A stretch of 64,000 nt of DNA from Candidatus Kapaibacterium sp. (GTDB taxonomy: Bacteria > Bacteroidota > Ignavibacteria > Kapaibacteriales > UBA4661). The stretch is taken from positions 27,738 through 91,737 of the forward strand of contig JALONG010000011.1 of the NCBI GenBank assembly GCA_025455065.1. Direction: 5' to 3'. Below, piece by piece: positions 58,102-64,000 of the stretch. Under the pieces are notes generated by a model, which was not told the DNA's origin, did not search any database, and worked only from the letters and a program-made list of their open reading frames with translations. Position 1 is the first letter of the stretch. The number at the start of each line of letters is the position of its first letter. The position numbers and the translations under genes are program-made.

Positions 58102-61100
58102 TTACCGCACCACTTGTAGTTGCTGCGTTTCACGCACGTCATCCCCCACGCGCAAGACCAGCGAATACGTCCCACTCGGCAGACCCGCAAGGTTATACGC
58201 CTGCGTATGCGCTCCGCCGGACTGCACCGCGCTCACGATACGCCGTACTTCCTGACCACGAATATCGTTTACGGTCAGCGTTACAAAGCCTGCTTCCGGC
58301 AGCATGTAGCGAATTTCAACAAGGTTTTGTGCGGGGTTGGGGGAAATAGCAAGGAGTTTTGCGCCGACAGCCGAAATAAGCCGCTTGCCGCCTGCTTGGG
58401 AAACACGTGTTTGGAAGCGCCCAGCGCGAAATTCCGTTATCTGTACCGATTCCACGTCCGTCTCCGCTCCCCAATCCAAAAAACATTCCAAGCGCGTCGT
58501 ATCAACGCTTCCTGCCACAACGACCGCATTCACACTGAGCAAGAGCGGATTTTGCCCCGACCAAAATGTCGTGGGAAGCGTAATAATCTGCTCATCCGGC
58601 TTTTGCGTCGAAGTTCTCACGCGGAAAATCGAAGACGATTGCGCCAATGCTAAGACCTGACGCGACATTCGGAGCGTTCCGCGAAAACTCTGTGTTCCGG
58701 TAAACCGAATTTTCGCCAAATCCCCTTCCGCGATAAACACTTCCAATCGCACCGCAGCTCCCGGAGGTGCTTCCGGCGGCACGGCACGAACACCCACGCG
58801 CATCACCGCATCACTCGGCAGACGGTCTCGCCCAAATGAACGTAACGGTCCTGTCGCTGTATCGAAAAGCATCGGTGTAGCACCTTCGCTTTGGACATTA
58901 CACAGCAAGGCATCTTCCGCAAGCATTCCCTTTGTCGCCGTCCGTGCTTCCAGCAAAATTGCAAGCGTATCGCCGGATGCAATAACGGCATTTTGTTCAT
59001 CGGAACGCAGTAAATAAGGCGTTTCCGAGGATTGCCCCGCAGGAAGCGGCTGCACAGCGCTTCTGAGGCGCAAACGGTTTACCCGTAACGGCTGCTGGCC
59101 AAGATTCACCACTAGCGCCGAAGACAAACGCGGCACATTCACCAAGAGCGTATCGAAGCGCGGTGGAATAATTTTCAGCGCCGAACCGCTTCCCCTCAGT
59201 CGCGCAGGGAAAATTTGCGTCTGCACGGCGCTTGTGTCCTCATTTGTCGTGTAGGTCAGCACGACATCGCCCCGAACCTCCGTCAAAACTTGTGGTATGA
59301 AGGCTGTCGCGAGCAAAAGCGGCGTGGCTTGATTTGGCTGAAGTGTTGTTTGCGGCGGTAAGCGAAGTACAAACGGTTGCACAGCCGACGGTTGCACGGA
59401 TGCAACACCGCCAACCCGCACTGATACTGAGCGCAACCGCAACATACGCTGCGAAATATTGCGTAATTCTAATGTCATTCCGGCAGAATCACGAAGCGGA
59501 ATTTTCCCAAAATTTGCCACCGCCAAAGCCATCACGGGACTCCCCGCAGAGGTCGTAAATCCGCCGCTTGCCGTGTCGCCGCTTCCAAGGGAATTACTCG
59601 CCCACACGCGCCAATGGATGCGCTGGAGCGTCGGCAGCGTAAAGCCTTGTTCGGTGGAAGTGAGAAATTGCGCTCTGCCGCTTGTCAGAAACTCATTTGT
59701 TTGAGCAATCGTGCGCCTAAAAAGCACCGTAGAAAAGGTTGCGGATTCAGAAAGTTCCACCGTATAAGCATTTGCCCCCGCGAGACTTGACCACACCAGC
59801 GCCGGAGTACGCGGCACTTCGTTTTCCTCGTTGAAAGGAGCAATAAGCGTGATGCGCCCCTGCGGAGCAAGCATCGGCAAAGCGCCGCGCACCCGCACCA
59901 CAAACACAGTTGCGGAAAGGTCGGGAAGCGTGGTGTTTGTTACCGTGCAGACATATTCGCCCGTGTCAGAAGCAGAAAATGCTGCTATCCGCAATGCCGC
60001 ATCCATGCTTGCGCGGAGGATTGTTACGCCGTTTCGTTGCCATGTATAGCGGTTGTTCATGCCTTCGGCGCTCACACGCAAAGCGACGGGAAAATCAAAG
60101 CGCACAGTCGTGTCCGGCAAGACCGTACGCGGCAGTTGCTGGTTTTGATAGGAAAATGTCGGCACAACAATAAGCGGCTCAAGGGAACCAAAAGTAAAGC
60201 GGTTGCTGTCCAAACGAAGCGTGTCCAAGCGTGGTAAACTCTGAAGCGGCAGAGCGTTGGTAAGTTCGTTCACGCTTAAATCCAGCACCAACAAACGCTG
60301 TAACTGCGCAAACGACGCAGGAATACTACCCGTCAGTTGGTTGTTATTGAGACGTAAATCCCGCAAATTGCGCATTGTTCCTAGCGCTTCGGGTATTGCG
60401 CCGCTTAGTGCGTTCTGTGACAAATTCAGCAGTTCCAGCGTCGCGGCAGCACTCAAGCCTGATGTAGCCTTTGCTGCCACCCCTTGGGCTTGCAGCAATC
60501 CCGTTCCCCACTGAGCAGGAATCGCCCCTGTGAAGCGGTTGCCGCTCAGATTCAGCGTTTTGAGGTTTTGTGTATTGGCAAAAGAAACGGGCAATGTGCC
60601 AGAAAGCTGATTATTGCTTGCGTCCAGCGTTGTCAGGCTTTGCTTATCAATCAAACACTGTGGTAATGTCCCCGTGAGAAGATTTTGCGCCACATTCAGC
60701 GTTTCGATATTTCTGAGAGCGCATAAAACCTGCAAATTCCCGCGCAAACGGTTATTAGCGACTTCCAATGTACGCAGATTCCCCGCACCACTGAACGCCG
60801 AAAGTTCTCCGGAAAGCTGGTTATTCCTCATATCCAAAGCGCGGAGCATCGTGAGCGGCGAGAACATTGCCGTATCAAGTTCCCCTTTCAGGTTATTTCC
60901 CGCCAAACGCAATTCGACAACGCGCCCGTTCTCGACGCGCACCCCGAAGCGCACGGCAATAGGAGCGCGGTTACGCCATGTTGCGTTGGTAGTCCATTCC
61001 GTGCCTCCTGTGGCATCGTAGAGCCGTTCCAATGCGATAGAATCTTGCGCTGCCGTTGGCGGAATGGGAACAATCGTTGAATCAAATTCAAACACTCTGG

Positions 61101-64000
61101 TCGTGGAAAGCGCTCCACCACTTGTTTCAACGGTGATGCGCCCCGTGCGCACATTGCCCGGCACAATCGTCATCGTGCTTGACGAAAGCAGCGAAAAACT
61201 CCGCACGGCAGCGCCCCCGATTTGTACGCTCACAATCCTTCCACGCGGCTCTGTGCCTAAGTTCTGACCTGTGAGCGTTATCATCGTTTCGCGCCCGCCT
61301 CTTTGGGGCGTAAAATCGGTGAGGCTAGGCAGATTCGCACCCGTGAGCGTCAGTGTTAATGCGGCATTGGTGGATACTTGATTAGGCGATACGCCGGAAA
61401 CCAGCGTAATCACGGCATTAGTGCTAAACATCCGCTCCGGCACTATTCCCGCAGGAACACGAAACATGACCGTTCCGCCCGCTTGAATGCTTGCTCCGGT
61501 TACTTCAATGCCGTTCAAGAACAATCGTGCATTTGCCGGAATATTCGCCCCAAAAACGCGCAGTTCCTCTCCTTCGCTGAGTGACATCGGAGAGAAGCCT
61601 GTCAGAATTGGTCCCGGCGGCGGAAGTACCGTAAAAATGAGCGCCGATGCAGCCGTTCCACCTCGTGTCGTAACGCGCACGGTTGCCTCAGAAGCCGCTT
61701 GAAATGTGGTATTTTGACCAAACGACGGAATGATTGTGCGGATGAGCGTTCCTTCGACATTCACGGAAAATGACGCGCTCACCCCGCCAATACTCACGTT
61801 TCGTATATCCTGAAAATTTGCACCACGAATTTCCACTACGCTGCCCGACTGCCCAATTTGCGGTGCAAGCGACGTAATCACGGGCGGTGGTATCGGGCGC
61901 AAAATCGTCGCGGACGTAGCTTCACCTGTGGGTGTGCGAACCGTGATAAAACCTTGCAGATTGGGCGGAATAATGAGCGTGATGCGTGTCGAGGAATTTA
62001 CCGTCGCAGCAATCGGCACACCGCCCACGAAGACGATTGTACCTTGCGCGGGAAAATTCGCTCCCGTCACAACGACAAATTCCCCCTGAAGCGGCTCCGG
62101 CGGCTGAAAACCATACACCACAGGCGGCAGGACGATTGCCACAGGCGTAAGCGTTGAAACCGTTCCACCGCTTGCGATGACCGTGAGAACACCACTCACC
62201 GGAACGGCAAAAGTGCATTGGATTTGCGTCATCGAAATTCGCGTAACGTTTGCCGCCGTTACTCCGCCGATGCGGACTTGCGGAAAGGGATGAAACTCCG
62301 TCCCAAAAATTGTCAAAACCTGATTGGGAGCGGCTGTTGGCGGACTGACCGACGTAATTGTTGGGGGATTGATAACGGTCAATTCCGCTTGCGATGAATC
62401 TTCGCCAACGAGATTCCGCACCGAAACACGTCCGCCCGAAAGCCCTGCGGGGACAATAACGGCAATAGCACTCGTCGAAAGCACCGAAAACGGCGTAATA
62501 GAGCGCCCTGCAATGCTCACACGATTAACTCCGATGTATTCCGCGCCCGAAATCCGCACCGTATCGCCCGGACGGGCTGCTTTCGGCGTAAAATCTTGCA
62601 CCGAAGGAATGCGGTAAAACGTAAAAGCGTTTGGAAGCGTACCTGTGCCGTTTGCGGTTTGGACGCTTACCGCACCTGTCGCACCTGCGCCAAGTGTGGC
62701 GGTTATTTGCGTAGGACTGTCCACCACAAAAGCAGCGACGGGCGTTCCGCCTACGCTCACGCGGGTTGCGCCCGTGAGCCGTGTTCCCGTAATGCGCACC
62801 GTTGCGCCTGTTGTACCGAAATTGGGCGAAATTGCCGCCACACCGGGCGCATTGCTGAAGGTGACGGGCATGGACGAAGCCACCACTCCGGCAGGCGTAA
62901 CAAGCGTAATCACGCCATTTGCGCCCGCGCCTGCAATAACTCTGATTTGTGTCGGAGAATCCACAATAAACTGCGACGGAACACCGCCCACACCAACGGC
63001 AGAAATGCCTGAGAAATTCGTCCCCACAACAACAATCGTGTCACCCGTATTGACCACATTCGGCGAAAAGGATGTAATTGACGCGCCTTGCAAGCCAAAA
63101 GCAAGATACAAAAGCGCCGGAGGCAGCATAATTGCCGTTCCCAAGCGCGGCGACCCCGTTGAAACACCGTTCAGCGAAGCGTAAGGACCGGTCTGCGTAG
63201 TGGATTGCGCCAAAAAGTAATCATTCATCACACCCGTCGCATCGGCAAGCGGCGTAAAACTGTTCACAGCGCCGCTCAAACGGTCAATACGCCAATTAAA
63301 CGGCAATCCATTGACAAGCGGTGCAGAAAACGACGTTGCTCCCGCAGCGTCGCCCGCGACCTGCACATCCGGCGCTGCACCCGTCAGAACATCGCGCAGC
63401 GTCAGCGGACGGTAGCTTATTCCCGCACCGACGGGGTAGAAATAGTGCGTTCCCGGAGTAGCAATACCAACATCCCATCTCCGCATCAAACGCCCGTCAA
63501 TATACGCATTTGTGCCGCCTCCGGCGATTGCGGCTACATTGGAATTGCTCACCGTGAGTGAATTTAAGGGCGTGGTAACGACGCGCCCACTTGTCAGCGT
63601 CAGCAAACCGCCGACATCAGGTGATGTTCCCATTGCCAGCGTCATTGCATTGCCAGCGCCGATGTTTACGGTGAAATTATTCAGCGTTTGTGCGCCGCCT
63701 TGCATAGCGAAATTCCCCGTGAAAACACCATTGAGTGACAAATTGGATGCCACAGAACCCTGAAAACGCCCTGTCCCGTTATTCGTTACAGCGCCCAAGG
63801 TTAGTGATTGCCCGTTCAATATTATCAAACCGCTATTGTCCAGCGTTGTTGTTCCCGCGACACTATGCGCCAAACCGCCCGTTCCGCAGTGCAGCGTACC
63901 ATCCACATACAGCGTACCGCCGATAGTTTTGCTGTTATTGAGCGTGATGGTCGTTCCGCCCCAAATGCTCACATTACCGCCCATTGTCTGCGGTAAAAAA
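58102..64000 (-). CDS. Giant surface protein that runs off the window end and is probably N-terminally truncated here. It has IPT/TIG-like Ig-fold repeats, a plant-type extracellular LRR block, and a type-A T9SS C-terminal sorting domain.
   Basis: The LRR block is NNQLSGELS..LEVANNRLRGNL..LNVAQNLLTGTLP..LDASNNQLSGTLP..LNLSGNRFTGAIP..LNLSQNALSGAIP..LRLNNNQLTGSIP, matching the plant-specific LxxLxLxxNxL(s/t)GxIP consensus. There are many approximately 80-aa IPT-like repeats (ITSFSP..GDTIVVVGTNF...). The C-terminus ISPNPAQNLVEIRYMLPEAGFVTLTVNDIRGQEVRR...SGTYSLVLRVGDDVRETQQLQVVR is a T9SS CTD. No signal peptide follows the first in-window Met, and the frame stays open to position 64000. Confidence 0.75.
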   Translation of the reverse strand, partial: FLPQTMGGNVSIWGGTTITLNNSKTIGGTLYVDGTLHCGTGGLAHSVAGTTTLDNSGLIILNGQSLTLGAVTNNGTGRFQGSVASNLSLNGVFTGNFAMQGGAQTLNNFTVNIGAGNAMTLAMGTSPDVGGLLTLTSGRVVTTPLNSLTVSNSNVAAIAGGGTNAYIDGRLMRRWDVGIATPGTHYFYPVGAGISYRPLTLRDVLTGAAPDVQVAGDAAGATSFSAPLVNGLPFNWRIDRLSGAVNSFTPLADATGVMNDYFLAQSTTQTGPYASLNGVSTGSPRLGTAIMLPPALLYLAFGLQGASITSFSPNVVNTGDTIVVVGTNFSGISAVGVGGVPSQFIVDSPTQIRVIAGAGANGVITLVTPAGVVASSMPVTFSNAPGVAAISPNFGTTGATVRITGTRLTGATRVSVGGTPVAAFVVDSPTQITATLGAGATGAVSVQTANGTGTLPNAFTFYRIPSVQDFTPKAARPGDTVRISGAEYIGVNRVSIAGRSITPFSVLSTSAIAVIVPAGLSGGRVSVRNLVGEDSSQAELTVINPPTITSVSPPTAAPNQVLTIFGTEFHPFPQVRIGGVTAANVTRISMTQIQCTFAVPVSGVLTVIASGGTVSTLTPVAIVLPPVVYGFQPPEPLQGEFVVVTGANFPAQGTIVFVGGVPIAATVNSSTRITLIIPPNLQGFITVRTPTGEATSATILRPIPPPVITSLAPQIGQSGSVVEIRGANFQDIRNVSIGGVSASFSVNVEGTLIRTIIPSFGQNTTFQAASEATVRVTTRGGTAASALIFTVLPPPGPILTGFSPMSLSEGEELRVFGANIPANARLFLNGIEVTGASIQAGGTVMFRVPAGIVPERMFSTNAVITLVSGVSPNQVSTNAALTLTLTGANLPSLTDFTPQRGGRETMITLTGQNLGTEPRGRIVSVQIGGAAVRSFSLLSSSTMTIVPGNVRTGRITVETSGGALSTTRVFEFDSTIVPIPPTAAQDSIALERLYDATGGTEWTTNATWRNRAPIAVRFGVRVENGRVVELRLAGNNLKGELDTAMFSPLTMLRALDMRNNQLSGELSAFSGAGNLRTLEVANNRLRGNLQVLCALRNIETLNVAQNLLTGTLPQCLIDKQSLTTLDASNNQLSGTLPVSFANTQNLKTLNLSGNRFTGAIPAQWGTGLLQAQGVAAKATSGLSAAATLELLNLSQNALSGAIPEALGTMRNLRDLRLNNNQLTGSIPASFAQLQRLLVLDLSVNELTNALPLQSLPRLDTLRLDSNRFTFGSLEPLIVVPTFSYQNQQLPRTVLPDTTVRFDFPVALRVSAEGMNNRYTWQRNGVTILRASMDAALRIAAFSASDTGEYVCTVTNTTLPDLSATVFVVRVRGALPMLAPQGRITLIAPFNEENEVPRTPALVWSSLAGANAYTVELSESATFSTVLFRRTIAQTNEFLTSGRAQFLTSTEQGFTLPTLQRIHWRVWASNSLGSGDTASGGFTTSAGSPVMALAVANFGKIPLRDSAGMTLELRNISQRMLRLRSVSVRVGGVASVQPSAVQPFVLRLPPQTTLQPNQATPLLLATAFIPQVLTEVRGDVVLTYTTNEDTSAVQTQIFPARLRGSGSALKIIPPRFDTLLVNVPRLSSALVVNLGQQPLRVNRLRLRSAVQPLPAGQSSETPYLLRSDEQNAVIASGDTLAILLEARTATKGMLAEDALLCNVQSEGATPMLFDTATGPLRSFGRDRLPSDAVMRVGVRAVPPEAPPGAAVRLEVFIAEGDLAKIRFTGTQSFRGTLRMSRQVLALAQSSSIFRVRTSTQKPDEQIITLPTTFWSGQNPLLLSVNAVVVAGSVDTTRLECFLDWGAETDVESVQITEFRAGRFQTRVSQAGGKRLISAVGAKLLAISPNPAQNLVEIRYMLPEAGFVTLTVNDIRGQEVRRIVSAVQSGGAHTQAYNLAGLPSGTYSLVLRVGDDVRETQQLQVVR

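Noticed and set aside
58120-63561. Many plus-strand ORFs antisense to the giant LRR/IPT gene.
   Set aside because: The reasoning is the same as for the Ig-repeat gene. The minus-strand reading frame is continuous for 5.9 kb with clear LRR and Ig-like periodicity.

Overview
This 64-kb window comes from a bacterium of the Bacteroidetes/Chlorobi (FCB) group, about 50% GC. That assignment is an inference, supported by five observations:
- several large exported proteins end in type-A T9SS C-terminal sorting domains;
- there is a bS22-like 31-codon ribosomal protein gene;
- there is a fused E1 alpha/beta 2-oxoacid dehydrogenase;
- several genes appear to use TTG or GTG starts;
- a methyl-accepting chemotaxis protein gene is present, which is unusual for classical Bacteroidia and points more to Rhodothermaeota, Balneolaeota or Ignavibacteriae-like lineages.

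Gene content, left to right:
- partial hupB-like HU gene, zinc-ribbon/TPR protein, bS22-like mini-gene plus terminator;
- a small defence-island-like block: HigB/HigA-type toxin-antitoxin pair, GatB/YqeY, a PD-(D/E)xK (NucS/DUF91-like) nuclease-fusion protein of unknown function, and an AbiEii nucleotidyltransferase with a small partner;
- MutS2, which carries an in-frame oligonucleotide repeat;
- TPR-adenylate cyclase, fused E1 alpha/beta dehydrogenase, thrA (aspartokinase/homoserine dehydrogenase) behind a long leader containing a MITE-like palindromic inverted-repeat element;
- NAD-epimerase, a GxxExxY gene bracketed by ~47-bp inverted repeats, glycosyltransferase, RuvX, TPR lipoprotein, DUF4292, LptD-like protein;
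- ABC ATPase, SixA, GAF/fRMsr, two-anchor membrane protein, HD hydrolase, PAS/GAF histidine kinase, AccC;
- an IgGFc-binding-like T9SS cargo, a coiled-coil nuclease-like protein, a BNR/Asp-box protein, DUF1800, tRNA-Pro(CGG), LpxL-family acyltransferase, M16 peptidase, membrane protein, MCP;
- a minus-strand cluster of T9SS cargos (Ig-like repeat protein, outer-membrane beta-barrel, TPR/LRR protein, and a giant plant-like LRR/IPT protein that runs off the window).

No rRNA and no CRISPR array were found. A dispersed short-repeat family (TTGGnnnTT / CTTGGGG units) occurs in two intergenic regions and in-frame inside mutS2.
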